Shown: one piece after another, positions 12,701 through 24,539 of the stretch
How the letters are laid out: every line of letters starts with the position of its first letter
How positions within the stretch are numbered: the first letter of the stretch is position 1
DNA from: Macrostomum hystrix
Taxonomy: Eukaryota; Animalia; Platyhelminthes
Direction: 5' to 3'
Assembly: GCA_950097015.1 (NCBI GenBank)
Contig: CATNEN010000001.1
Coordinates: 18,166,001-18,230,000, forward strand
Length of the DNA: 64,000 nt
Notes under the pieces: model-generated
The model's input: only the letters and a program-made list of their open reading frames with translations
Told to the model about the DNA's origin: nothing
Database searches by the model: none
Made by a program: the position numbers and the translations under genes

Positions 12701-15099
12701 CCCAGTGTCAAATGCTGATCCGCTCCTACCTGCATGGCGAATGGCTCAGTCTATATTGTCTACCACTGCCTCTGACACTTCGTCACTGCGAATGACACGT
12801 GACACAGTCGGGGAGAAAGACTATCCAAGTCTGAGGGAGACTCAACCTGGAGACTCAATTGATGCAACCTCCAGCAGATCGACCAGATTCGCTGTCAATA
12901 TTGAGCCCTATCTAGCTGCTCTCCGAAGGCAGGGTATTGATCCGATTTCGGCACGCGGGCACACGCACTTACTGCTTTTGTGCATGTCCGAAATTTCCCA
13001 ACTGAAGCAGACAGTCTCAGGGCTACGGGAGGAACTTCGGTCGTCTGGGTTGCCAACTGCAAACCTGGACGGCAGTGAGCGATTCGGTCTCCCACTTCGC
13101 AATCGAGCAGAGTACGAGGAGTTCAAGAATCTCATTAGCAATGAACCAGAAAGACAGAAAGTTGTGAGTTCAATTAGCTCTTGGTGAAGTGAATAGTTTA
13201 TGTATAGTAAAATACTATAGCTAAATCTCCGTGACCGTGTACTTGGATCAATTGCATGCCTTAATTCCTGCTTAGATTGAGCTACTCAGACGCACCGGTG
13301 GCCGAACGACCGACAAGACTATCTGCAGAATGATCGACTTTTTGCTGACTACCCAGTTTCAAACGCAGTTCAACCAGACAGGCAAAGACTACACACAATC
13401 CGGGAGACCAAAGTTGAAGATCAGCTTTGTAGAAATTATTAAGCCTCTTATTAAAGGTAGGCACTTCGTATTCTCCATAGTTCCTGCATATGGATATTCA
13501 TATGTACATATTTTTTTCGTTGATTGATTTCTGCATGCTTGCCTTGGGTTATGTATTCCTTTTGTATTAGTATTTTACTTGCGTGTTGCCATTTACTCTT
13601 CTGGTCATTTCTAGACGCAATGGCGAATTCCGGTGTTTCTGATTGGTCGGTTGGAACTCGCATTGCGCGCTACCTGCAAGATGTCCGCCAGCGCCTGACA
13701 TCCGAAGAAAAAGCTGCAGCCACTGTGCGCGCGCCTCGGCAGGCAGCCTGGGTGCTGCAGAGCGACAGCGACGAGTCACCCCCGCCTCTTCGCAAACGCG
13801 CGCGCGTGACTGGCCTTATCGAGGAGTGACAGATTACAACACTGACATGTGCTGCATAGTTGTAGTTTTTGGTAGGGCTTTGCAGATATCCACGAATCTA
13901 CGAATAATATAAACGTTGAACATTAAGTTAAAGTTTTTATCCTTATCACATTAGTGTGTCTCAGTCACTTTCTACGGCATCACATATAAGCATCCCGTTA
14001 ATTTTTCTTTTTACAACTTCTTTTGTTGGCCTGTGCTCCGAAATATCGAGCTGAACATGCAAAGTTCTTTATACGCATTTTTAGTCACTGGGGCTGTTGC
14101 TATAAACCATTCTATAAGACTACTATCTAATATATATATAATAAAATGTTTTTTGTTATTTCGCGCTGTTTTTAAGTTTGCTTTTCTATTACTCACCTTT
14201 TGAGTCATATGATTTTGCATACTGTGTTCAAGTCCTCGTTCTTTATTTGCCTATTCGCTTGCCATTTAAAACCTTCCGAAGTAACGCCCTTACGATTAGG
14301 CACAATGACAAAACGCTATCGAATCCCATATCATTAAATCCCATATTATTAAATCCCATATTATTAAATCCCATAATATTTAATCTCATATTATTAAATC
14401 TCATATTATTAAATCCCATATTAATAAATCTCATATTATTAAATCCCATATTATTAAATCCTATATTATTAAATCTCATATTATTAAATCTAATTACTTC
14501 GCTATCGCAAAGTATAAGTACAATGCACATGTAGAATACTACGTGAGACTAGTTTACTACTAAACAATTATAGCTGATTACGTCGTAATCACAAAGTACG
14601 AAATATCTATATCGAGCGAACCCTGCTTCCATTACCTATCATCTCGAATCGACATCGATTTTGACATCGTTTTCGATGTACATTCGAGGTTGAAAACGAT
14701 GTAGTTTTACCGGAAACTCGCACGACCTCGTTTCGAGATCGGAAAACGAGATCGAAACGAGATCGCGCGCCCCAGTGGGTCCTTAGTAACATTCTCTAGC
14801 AAAGCCCTGTCGTCAGCGGTGAGTTGCTTGAACTCATTAGCTAAGAAAGCCATACGATCCTTCGAAAAGCGGTCTGAAAAAGAAATCCAAATAATTCAAA
14901 CTAAAACTAAATTGCCTAAGCCGCTGATTTTTAACTTAATGAATAAAATATGCTAAACTTACTGGATCCTCTTAGCTTCACAAACGTGGACCATGCACTT
15001 CTTTTTCGAAACTTGCCAAGGCGGCCCATAGTTTTCGAAAAAAATCACTTCTGGAAATTCAGTCACATTTGCAATATAACCTATAACTCTTTCAGAAAA
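6779..15099 (-). CDS. KDZ companion gene interrupted by the CACTA insertion: HMG-box-like N-terminus, GTF2I-repeat-like region, Gly/Ser repeat tail. Exons ~15099(or 15050)-14963, 14873-14780 joined to 8406-8352, 8195-8070, 7900-7792, 7656-6779
   Basis: GT-AG sites are phase-consistent. Removing the CACTA and one TSD copy restores ...ENVTKEANEQ... in frame. Joined protein: KKSAWSTFVKLRGSNRFSKDRMAFLANEFKQLTADDRALLENVTKEANEQ ... LMRKEVRAAVRMAYVAAGMGCKINFKNLKGGFMPEIKNPGEMNSAELRRVYNFRNELRFIP. Confidence 0.7.
6860..7500 (-). repeat. 36-bp coding tandem repeat (GGGSSGRSTAVA-like 12-aa unit)
   Basis: Repeated gagcggccagaggagccgccaccggcgac units within the last exon. Confidence 0.85.
9758..11782 (+). 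pseudogene. EnSpm/CACTA transposase with one in-frame stop (TAA at 11354-11356)
   Basis: SFDGVPLF..SKLGLWPIL, VTDAPARSFL, GH....CGYC, PPDYMHCLCLGV, YKAAEFR, FNTHLLCH, GPL..WSAFIF*NYNG. The frame continues to 11782. Confidence 0.85.
12276..13829 (+). CDS. CACTA accessory protein (spliced; DUF4806-like C-terminus). Exons ~12276-13163, ~13277-13456, ~13615-13829
   Basis: Long ORF ending FGLPLRNRAEYEEFKNLI..E. Later exons give MIDFLLTTQFQTQFNQTG...KISF and IARYLQDVRQR, a pattern typical of the second gene of animal EnSpm elements. Confidence 0.6.
14322..14492. repeat. 15-bp minisatellite (aatcccatattatta)n inside the CACTA element
   Basis: Direct tandem copies. Confidence 0.9.
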
Positions 15100-15196
15100 C
15101 TTAGAGAAGGCCAAAAAGTGTGGAAAACGTCAGAAAGAGGGCAAGAAAGGACAGAAAATGTGGAACAGTGCGAAAGATTTTTAAGAGGGAGAGTGC

Positions 15197-15525
15197 AGTA
15201 GAGAGAAGAAAGGAAGGGAATGTGCTAGAAGGGTGTGGTAGAGAGCAGAAAGGCAGGGAAGGTGCTAGAAGGGTGTAGTAGAGAGCAGAAAGGCAGGGAA
15301 GGTGCTAGAAGGGTGTGGTAGAGAGCAGAAAGGCAGGGAAAGTGCTAGAATGGTGTGGTAGAGAGCAGAAAGGAAACAAAGAGGTGGAATGGTGTAGCAG
15401 AATGCAGAAAGGCACAAAGGTATGGTAGAGGGCAGATAGGCAAGGAAGGAAGAACAAAGGTATGGGAGAGGGCAGAAAGGTATAAGCAGAAAGGTATAGG
15501 ATATTAAAGGACAGAATATTGCAGC
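15197..15525 (-). repeat. Right inverted-repeat arm (the part mirrored inside this window)
   Basis: Near-perfect reverse complement of 1-330. Confidence 0.9.
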
Positions 15526-16471
15526 TAAGGACAGAAAAGTATAAGATAAATAGATAATGGTAAGAAAATATAAATAAGGATGGGTAAAGTCAAGAGAAAA
15601 AGTGGGTTTATAGGAAAGCCAATATATAAGTGATATTGGCCTACAATTAGGCCAATAAGGCCTTGCTAATTCTATCATACCTATTCAAATATTGTTTATA
15701 AGGCTGGCCCCATAGCTACTCAAGCCTAGTTAAATATATAGCTTAATAACTGTAGGTAATGTAGGCCTAGCTATGCCCCTATTAAAGTAAAATTTCAAGT
15801 TAGCTATATACTTAGCTATAGTAAAGCATGACTGGTATTAGCAGCAAAGTAAGTAGTTATTAGGTAATATAGTAGTTAGCTCAGCTTAGCTAGTAATAAG
15901 TAACTAATAAGCTAATAACTAGAAAATAAAAAACTACAACATAGTGACTTAAATATATCTATATACTGAACTAGATAGGCTAGCTAATGTTGGCCTTGTT
16001 AATGCTCATATTCATAAAAATAGGGTATAAGCTAGTACACTGCTTTGCCTACAAGACTGTTTTATATAGTAGAAAATAATTACCAAATTCATAAAAATAG
16101 CTAAGCTAAGTGCTAGAAAGTAAAATAACCAAAAATGAGTTAGCATTTGAATCTGATTATTTTTATTATTATCTACTACAAGCAAAAATAATCCTATTTA
16201 CAACAACTGTGTCTAGGCCTATAATAAGCATTGACCTATCTCGCTCCTGACTACATGTATATCCATGTATGGGCTACATTATAATTACCATTGTCATTGA
16301 TTCTCAAGCCAGTATGGTAAAGAGCTTATAAAGCTAGGGCCTGATTTAGATGTTCATTTATTTAATTTATTCTTTTCGAGCTTGCTTACAACTAGGCTCC
16401 TAGTTTTCTTTTCCATTTCAGATGGGTCGGCTTAAATTCTTGGCATGATTAAATTTCGCGCCAAATACCTT

Positions 16472-16773
16472 CCATAGATTATACATTAAAGCCCTTTTAA
16501 TCACTAGAAAGACATGTCATAACGGCAGGCGACATGCCAAGCACCCGATCTAATCGGAACAAAAGCGTACCTTTTTACACGATTTAAAGCACGACAGTCG
16601 GGTGCGTGCCCAGACCCATAGATTATACATTAAAGCCCTTTTAATCACTAGAAAGACATGTCGTAAAGGCAGGCGACATGCCAAGCACCCGATCTAATCG
16701 GAACAAAAGCGTACCTTTTTACACGATTAAAAGCACGACAGTCGGGTGCGTGCCCAGACCCATAGATTATACA
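16472..16773. repeat. Two 144-bp tandem units bounded by three copies of ccatagattataca
   Basis: catagatt begins at 16473, 16617 and 16761; the two units are nearly identical. Confidence 0.9.
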
Positions 16774-17282
16774 CACCCTAATTTGATAGTACCTGGAGCG
16801 AGTGCACAAAAACAAAATTGCAAAATGAAAACTATGCATGGACTGTTTTATTTGATTAAATATGAATTAGGAAATGTCCTAGACAAATTTAATGCTTGTT
16901 CCTAACCGTACGACAGAAACTAAAGTGTCTGTAGAAGTGTATGTATAAGTGTCGGCGAATGGGTGCGTTCGAGTAGCTAAACTAAGCTAAACTCGCGAGT
17001 TTAGCTAGTTTAGAAAGTTGATTATAACAAATAATTATCTGTACGAAATGTATCCCATGAGAACAACACAAATGATACCTCCTTTTCGCGAGTAAAAATG
17101 CCAGTCTAAATTTATTTAATAAGGCAACAAAAAGTATTTGGTAACACATTTTTTCGTGTCGAAATTTGAATTTCATGTTTTCAAAGAACCATTTAGATTG
17201 GAAGTCACGTTTTGGACTATACACTTGAGACAGTTTCAATTTTCGACTACTATTGTGTCTAAAAAAACAATATTCACAAAAA

Positions 17283-19487
17283 ATGACACATACGATTGTG
17301 ATAAACATTGAAAATAGATTGTACAATCTAGAAATAAGCCATGCAGCTGACTTCGATGCTGCAGTCGAGTACATTCGAGGAGGTGAGTTAACAGGCTTTC
17401 CAAAATTCATGAGTGTAATATTGTTGTATATATTTTTCCGTGTCATTCTTAGTGAAGCTTATTAATTTTATCAGTGCGTATCTACTTTCGAATTACTGTT
17501 TTCATCTTTTTATTGCAGCCTCTGCCGACTTCTCTCAAAACGGAATTCTAAAGCTGCTTGTATGCAACCCGAATAGCCTTATCAGAATTACGGGAGTTTT
17601 TGATGAGCGCAACAATCCAGTGCCTTTTCTGTCGAATGAGCATGATGATGGAGTTAATGGAGAGGCAGGTGAGTGATAAATTATTTGTTAATTGCTGCTG
17701 CAGGAAACTGCTGACAAACTTCAATTATGATCTTGCAGATGGTGACCGTAAAGCTGATCAAATTGTAGCACACAGCTCTTCTAAGCTCAGGACTGGATCC
17801 CTTGTTGTACCAACGGGAAAAGTCAGATCCGAGGCAACTGCTTCGGGAAGCAGCTACCAATGGACTCTGGAGGAGCGTCGGTTGCTAGTTACACTCGCCA
17901 TAAAGCATAACGTAAATGAACTTGAAGGATTTGAACGAACTGCGTCTCAGGTCAAATCCCAGTGGTACAATGAGCGGCGCAAGTTTGGGTAAGTTTTGAA
18001 TATATGTACTTTTGTACAGTTCACGTATGACGTGCATGGAATCTTATTTCTTCTAGTCGCATACAGTACTATGCAAGTTATAAAATAAGCATATTTACGC
18101 TTTTTGTACTTAAATGCACGCATGCTTGTACAGAATGTATTAAGTATGTATTTACTTTTACTACACATTAGATTACTTTTTCAGAACTCTACCCATATCT
18201 ACTGTATATAGGCTTTTCAAGCATCCTCCAACTGGCCGGTCGACAAGAGAGTGTGCATACCCGTTTGCTGAGGAGATGAACGACTATATGGGCAGAAACG
18301 CTGCTATTTGTCCACGCTTTATTGCATCCTCGTTGTCCCAAGGCTCTTTAACCTCTGCCGTAGGAAGAGCATCGTCTGCTGTGATTCCGACGCTGTCGAC
18401 TGTCTCGAAGTCAGGAAATATAGGTACATTAAATTTAGCTTTCTTTATGTAATGTGCTTAAAATATACATATATATGGACCCACAAGTACAAAAGCGCAA
18501 CCTCAAATGTACAAGCATTAAACACACATTACTTATTAGCTTTCTTTCTCTGCGTCACTCTATACAGCAGTACATATGCAAGTACAGTGGTCATTGACTG
18601 TATATTTCCACATATTTCAGATCCCCGACTGAAAGCGTGCCGTCAGTGGCAGTCATTGGTTCCAATCGATCAAAGAGAGGTGGAGCAATGTACTTTACCC
18701 GAGGCATCAGCCGAGACGGCTGTCCATCAGCAGTCAGCACCAATGGCTTCTGCACATAGGGTGAGTTATACATGTACATACGCGTGCTTGTGCAATCATG
18801 CAAAATCAAACTTAACGTGTCATAGAAAAAATGGCTGTTCACAGTCATTACATTTTTCATTTTCATTTTCTTTTCTATACTTGACATAGAACCAGTTATA
18901 GTGGGGCTGGCTGAAACTTATTATAAAATAAGCCATAACCACCTTCGATTACCCTCAGCTAATTCTGGTACCTATTTTGACAGCTGGGTGAAAAAAAGTA
19001 ATGCAGAGTAAAGTGTCTTGCTAAAGACCCTTCAGCAAGTGGCTTTTGGATATTGTACCAGTGAATCGATCCCCTGACCTTCAAGCCGAGTCCGACGCTC
19101 TAACCACTAGGCTACAACTCTCTATATCATAGAAAAAGCTTCATAAATAAATTCAAAACATACCCTATTTAGAGGCCAATAAAGAAAAGGAAGAGCCAAG
19201 CCGAGCTTGTCAATACGCTACAACAATTTCAAGAGACCATGTCGACAAAAATACTGAAGATGACCAACCGGGTATCGGAAGCAGAAACCGGAAACAAGCA
19301 GCTGCTATTGAGCCTGGTTGATCGCGTGACTATTTTAGAAGAGAATCAGATGGAGCTACAGCATGAGCGTCTTGCAGTCGAAAAAGAACGACTGCAGAAT
19401 GAACGTCGAGCTTTACAACTAAGGGAAAAAGAACTGGAGATATTAAACACCATGATTGTCTTCTGCCACAATTTAAAGAACAATTAG
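17283..19487 (+). CDS. Harbinger-associated Myb/SANT-like DNA-binding protein with C-terminal coiled coil (spliced)
   Basis: YQWTLEERRLLV...GFERTASQVKSQWYNERRKF, then PPTG..AYPFAEEMNDYMG, and a last exon LQHERLAVEKERLQNERRALQLREKEL. The second Myb helix looks shortened. Confidence 0.7.
18892..19127 (-). mobile_element. tRNA-derived SINE with CORE-like central domain, in an intron
   Basis: Minus strand has A box TAGCCTAGTGG, B box GATCGATTC, then tctttagcaagacactttac...cacccagctgtcaaaataggtacc. Possible TSD catagaa. Confidence 0.7.
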
Positions 19488-20286
19488 TCCAAGTTTCAGA
19501 ACTGTAACACTTAAGCCTCATTTAACTGTTTATTTGATTTTCTGAATTATCATAAAATATAAATAATAGAGTTCCATCTGACATACTTGTTATGACAATC
19601 AAAATCGAACAGATGTAAATCCAGTCATAAAGCTTGTAGTTGTACTTGGCATTAACAGAACAAGATGTAAAGCATTACCACAAACAGCACAAAGACATAT
19701 TAAAAGGGAGCATAAAACACTGTGAAGAAAAAGCGTCATAATGAAAGCAACAACAGAAAATTACAATTTAATATAATAATCAAAATTACAAAGTACACAT
19801 CAATCGGGCACTGTATGGCATTAGGATATTTTTATTATACAACATAAAAGGCACATCCCACTTTGTAAGTTTTTTGCAAGCAAGACAAACAGGAAACAAA
19901 GTGTTGAGCATTTTCATTAAAATGTGTGAATTTATCTGCAAAACTGAAAGCAAACAGTAATAAATAAAACGAACATAAATTTCAGTCATGAGTCAAGAAT
20001 CACAAGTATGTTATATGGCACAATTACCAAGACATTGTCAATAAATTTGCAAGTAATGCTCAAGTTAGACTATAATTGATTTACAATTAATCTATGTTTG
20101 AAAATGCCTTTAAAAAGTTGTAGCTCTTATTAGTAACATAGTGTTATATATTTTTTATGGTATATAGGTCAAGTGGTTTCTAAAGCATGCAAACCTAATT
20201 TGAAGTATTGCTATTTAAACAAATAATAAAGATGAATATAAAGTGCTAAGTGTATTCAAATAGATTTTTCCTAAACAATTACTTAG

Positions 20287-21354
20287 TCAGCAAAAAAATC
20301 GATTGAGACTTATGAATCCATTTCTTTTGGATGAGAAAAGTGTCTGCTTATTAAAAACATTAGCTGACACTTTCTGATAACAATGAGAAATTGTGTAGAC
20401 AGCAAAGAGCTTCAATGATATTGCAGATAGCTTCAAGATTTTCAAAATTAATATAATTAATTCTTTGCCACCTTCTTGCCATGATACCAAATGTTCGTTC
20501 AACACATTGACGAAGAGCACTTAGTTTAATATTGAAATGTTTTGTTGTTCATTCAAGTTTCGACCTTTATATGGTGTTATAAGAGCTGCACAATTTGGAT
20601 ATGCAGAATCACCAATTAGACATAAGCCATGCTGCTCTAGAAAGTCAAGTTGCTGATAAGCAGAAGAATATTGAAAAGTTCGGGCATCATTGGTACTACC
20701 TGGCCAGCCAATAAAGTAGTCAATTATTTTATGGTTGTTTACAGCAACAATCTGTAATTTTATTGAATAAAACTGTTTCCTATTATAGTATGCCATTCCA
20801 TCTTCAATTGGACAGCGAATTCTTACTTCTTTTACATCAATTGCACCCACAACACAGTCGAGAAAAAAAGAATCCGATTTTCACTGAATTGTCTAGCTTC
20901 AACAAGACATTCTTGCAAAGAAGGAAAATATATCATTTTTTTTTAAAAACCCACTATCTTTAAAAGCTTGGAGGACTCGATAAATTATTAAAGATACAGT
21001 ACTTTTAGAAAAGTTAAACAAGGTACCAAGTGACTCATATGACTCTTGTGTAGCAAGGAATCGCAAGAAAAGCAGAATCATACTAATTATATTAGACCCT
21101 TTAGGAGAGAGTAAAGTAAGATATGAAGCAGTTTCTAAGACTAAATCTTGTACAGCGGTCCTAGAAAGCCGAAAAAAATGAATAAACTGGTTATCATTAA
21201 AACTGTAAACAGTTTTCTCAACAAACTCATTTACTTTTGGCCATATTTCTATTACTCTTTTTGGCTTTAATAGACTTAGTTGAGTAGTACTTATGGTAGT
21301 TGTTTGTTCTTCTAGAAGCTCAGCAAATTCAATGCCCACAGATTCCATAAGCAA
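20287..21354 (-). pseudogene. Harbinger/HARBI1-like DDE transposase, frameshifted
   Basis: F..FFRLSR; LRFLATQESYESLG..F..SKSTV; GAID; YYNRKQFYSIKLQ; GWPGSTNDARTF; IGDSAYP; LITPY. Split across three ORFs. Confidence 0.88.
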
Positions 21355-22361
21355 ATACTATTGCGCAGCAGTAATACTATTTAGGTTGCAAACGAAAAAA
21401 AAGCGTTTTCTGACTGGGAAAAGGCGAATATGCGTTGTATTGAGAAAGCAGTGAATAAAGTGTATAGAAATGGAAAAGTTTTAAATATGTAACAAAATTT
21501 AAAAGACTTGTGCGAAAAAAGTTTAACTGCAAAATAAAATATAAACTGGCAGTTACTGACCGTTAAAATGGTACTATTTAGTTGCATCGAAATAGCAGTA
21601 GTGTCAAATGTATATTTGCTTGTTATACTGCTACGTCTAAACTAGCAGTTTAGCTCAGTTGGGTCCTCCTAAAAGCCTCGACGCACCGCCCCTGGCGCAC
21701 TTACTAGTTTTAACAACGATTGCCTGCTAAAGGATTTTATAAAGAAAAGCTTTGTATTTTAGTTTCAATAAAATAGTTGGGTTTAAAAAATACTATTAAA
21801 AAATTTTTTCTCAAAACGAATACGACAATTTTTTTTGATTACTATAACTACCATGTGCGATACTAAGTGGCGATCTTCTTGCCAGGAGCGCACTCGAGTA
21901 CTTATATAATAGATTGCTCTAATAGATAAGAGCTAGTCGGTAATTTCTTTTGATTTGCTCCATTTATTATAATTAAGTAGCTTAATTGGTAATAATCAAC
22001 TACTTTAAATTACAGCCTTTCTTACAGCTGTAGTAAAAGAAATATAGCAATAGGGCCTATGGCTATAGAGTAAATGTAGTCATACTCACACCGTGAGTCA
22101 CATACAGTGCTGTCCTTATTCACCTTCGCTGATAAATTATTAATTTATATAATGAAGCTCAGGGCTTATAAAATGTATTTTTGTCGCACGCAGCCTATTC
22201 TAATTTATAATGACATAATGATAGTATTTAATGCGAGTATGTGCTATTGATGTGGAGTGTGCTGCGGGAATCGAGTGGGAATGTGAGCCAGCATAATTTT
22301 TCAAATTTTAAGTAACTAATAATTGCGACCCACATAGCAGCTGGCCACAAAACAAGATCAT

Positions 22362-24539
22362 TAATCTTAGGGCCGGGTTTGGGGCGGCGGTGAATCAAGT
22401 AGCTGCCGAATCCCCTCTCTCCGGAGTTGTCTAGACTCCCCGTAGGAATGACTGATCGCGGCCATAATGTTACTGTATGAACTAGTTTAGGTCATAATTC
22501 CCCTCCAAACCGCGATCAGATATAGGGGCTCACTCACGCGTTATGAGTGATCATAAAATTCTTCATGTCCCCGCTTCTTTACAGTATTCGAGCCCAGCTC
22601 GACTTTATGACCTCCTTCCTTTAGATACATGTAAATATCACTGTAGGCAGGTCGGCGCCTGCGCTTCCATTGTCCCGGCGGAGTAACAATTGTTGGCCGT
22701 CTGCCGATGGCTGCTCTCGATGAGCACCTGTCGTTTCCCGCCGCCGGTTCATTGGGCAATTGGGGCGGCCTGTCGTCGCTTCGATTCCCCGTTGACAGGC
22801 GGGCGCGAATGTGGGTTGCTTTGATGGATGTCGGGGTTGGCGTGCTGCAAGGCCTATTTAAGCAAGCGCGCTGCGCTGCTCCCTCCTCTAGGACCCCCTT
22901 TTTCTCCCACCGGCTCTCCCCCTTCTCCCCTGCCGGACTTACTTTTGCCGGGCCGGACTCCCACCGGACCCAGGACTTATCCCCCAGACCCAGTTAGGGC
23001 ATAGACCCTAGAGCTCATAGCTCCACAGTTAGTGCAGGCCCATTGCCTGTCCCCATTCCCCCTGAGCGCGAGCCACCTCTTTAGGTGAGCTGTTAAATTG
23101 AGCCTTGAGCTCCAAGCGTGTTGGCCCCCTTGCCGACTCGCAGCATCTTTCCCTTCCCGGCTTTTGCTATCTTACCCCATCCTCTTCCCCGAGAACAACG
23201 GGATTGCAGCACGCGGCCGAAGCGACTCCAGATAAGTAATCCGCGCAGCGGTTTGCAATTATTGCTCCTAAGGGGCTTTCTATTAGTCAGGCGGCATTTA
23301 GTGGGAGGGAAGCTAGGAATTGTTTCGCCTAATAAACTATCCAATCTAAGCACTTTTAACGTTGGGCTTAACTTTATAACAATTTAAATTCTTTTATTAT
23401 GTCTCCTTTTCACCTTTATTTTAACCTTAGACAGCCCTCCACCATGAGTGGCTAATCTATTAGGGGAATGGGCTCTGGCACGGCCGAGCTGAAAGCTGCG
23501 GCGGGAAGGCAATTGTAAGCGCGCATGAGAGTAATATGGAGCTAGGGATTTGTAAGTAAATGCGGAGGGTAGCATGTGCATTTCCTTTCCAGGGGGTTGG
23601 GGGAATCCTTGGCCGGTTTTCCTTCTCCCTCTTGGGTGGGTTCAAGGTACGTGTCGAACTCCCTTTCCAATGGAGTTTTCCCGCTGTCCCCCTTTCGCAC
23701 CTGCGGCCACGGGAACGAGAGTGATGTTCAATTAATCTCACGCTTGCATAATCACTCAGCCAGTGTTCAGCTTAACCTCTCCTGCCTCTGTTTTCCTCAA
23801 CTCACACAGACTCGGATTGCTAGTTATCTAATGTGTAGGCTGCAGTCTAATGTACAGAATGTGTCTGATGTCCCATGAGTAGGATTCTGGCTATGGGTTT
23901 CTTTTTCAGGTTCTGAGTACCACCTTTCTAGACCACTGTAGCGCAAATTCAGGAATCCCCTGGTGAGGCGTGTCTCGATCCATTCTGGGGTCTTCACCCT
24001 AGTCTAAAACGGAAGTTACAGAAGGCTCTATTTTTTCGGCTTGTCTAAGATCTGTGTGACAAACTAGGAGCCGCGAGCTCCGGGGACCCAAGTTCCCAAA
24101 TGTCTGCGGTGGCAACGTAGGCGCATTGGGTGGTGGCGCTACCCTAGATCATTTTCCGCTTTGCCGATAGCCTTTCCGCATTTCTAAGACAAGAGCCTAG
24201 GCCGAGTCGACCACTGCTACCAAGTTTAGGAGTCAGTTACGAACATGCTACTGATGACAGTAGGCTACCTAGCCCTGTCCTATCCGCTTGCGAGTAGTCC
24301 GACATCTATTTAGACTTTTAGCCGGTTTCGAGCACTGCTTGGGGTAGGCACGGCAGTCATGCCTGTGGCCTATGGGTTGAGTGGGACTGGCCAGCCTGAG
24401 GCCGAGAGGACCACTCCCTGCATCCACTGTCTCTCCCTTCATCTCTCCCTTCATCCCTCTTTCCGCGGCAACTCGCGAGACTTTGCGGTACGACTTCTGA
24501 CTCTATCGCCATCCCCACACTCCTTTCCTTCACGAGGAC
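22362..24539. mobile_element. Unclassified GC-rich insertion inside the MULE
   Basis: Abrupt GC shift. Flanked by the direct repeat agatcat (22355-22361, 24540-24546). No TIR or recognisable ORF. Confidence 0.4.

Larger units (their letters stand above)
8409..14779 (+). mobile_element. EnSpm/CACTA-superfamily transposon (animal type, CCC...GGG termini), 2-bp TSD
   Basis: TIR cccactggggcgc / gcgccccagtggg with subterminal tcga-rich repeats. TSD TC at 8407-8408 and 14780-14781. Encodes a transposase and a second ORF. Confidence 0.9.
1..16472. mobile_element. KDZ (Kyakuja-Dileera-Zisupton, CxC3-type) DNA transposon with long inverted repeats; left end lies upstream of the window and the right end is approximate
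   Basis: Positions 1-~330 are the reverse complement of ~15197-15525. The arms enclose a KDZ transposase (+) and a convergent second gene (-). The right boundary is placed just before the first catagattataca repeat by inference only. Confidence 0.7.

Noticed and set aside
19050-19120. tRNA gene
   Set aside because: A and B boxes are present but there is no clean cloverleaf, and it runs into a CORE-like SINE body.
24245-24310. Hammerhead ribozyme core (CTGATGA)
   Set aside because: No correctly placed GAAA or closing stems could be found by eye.
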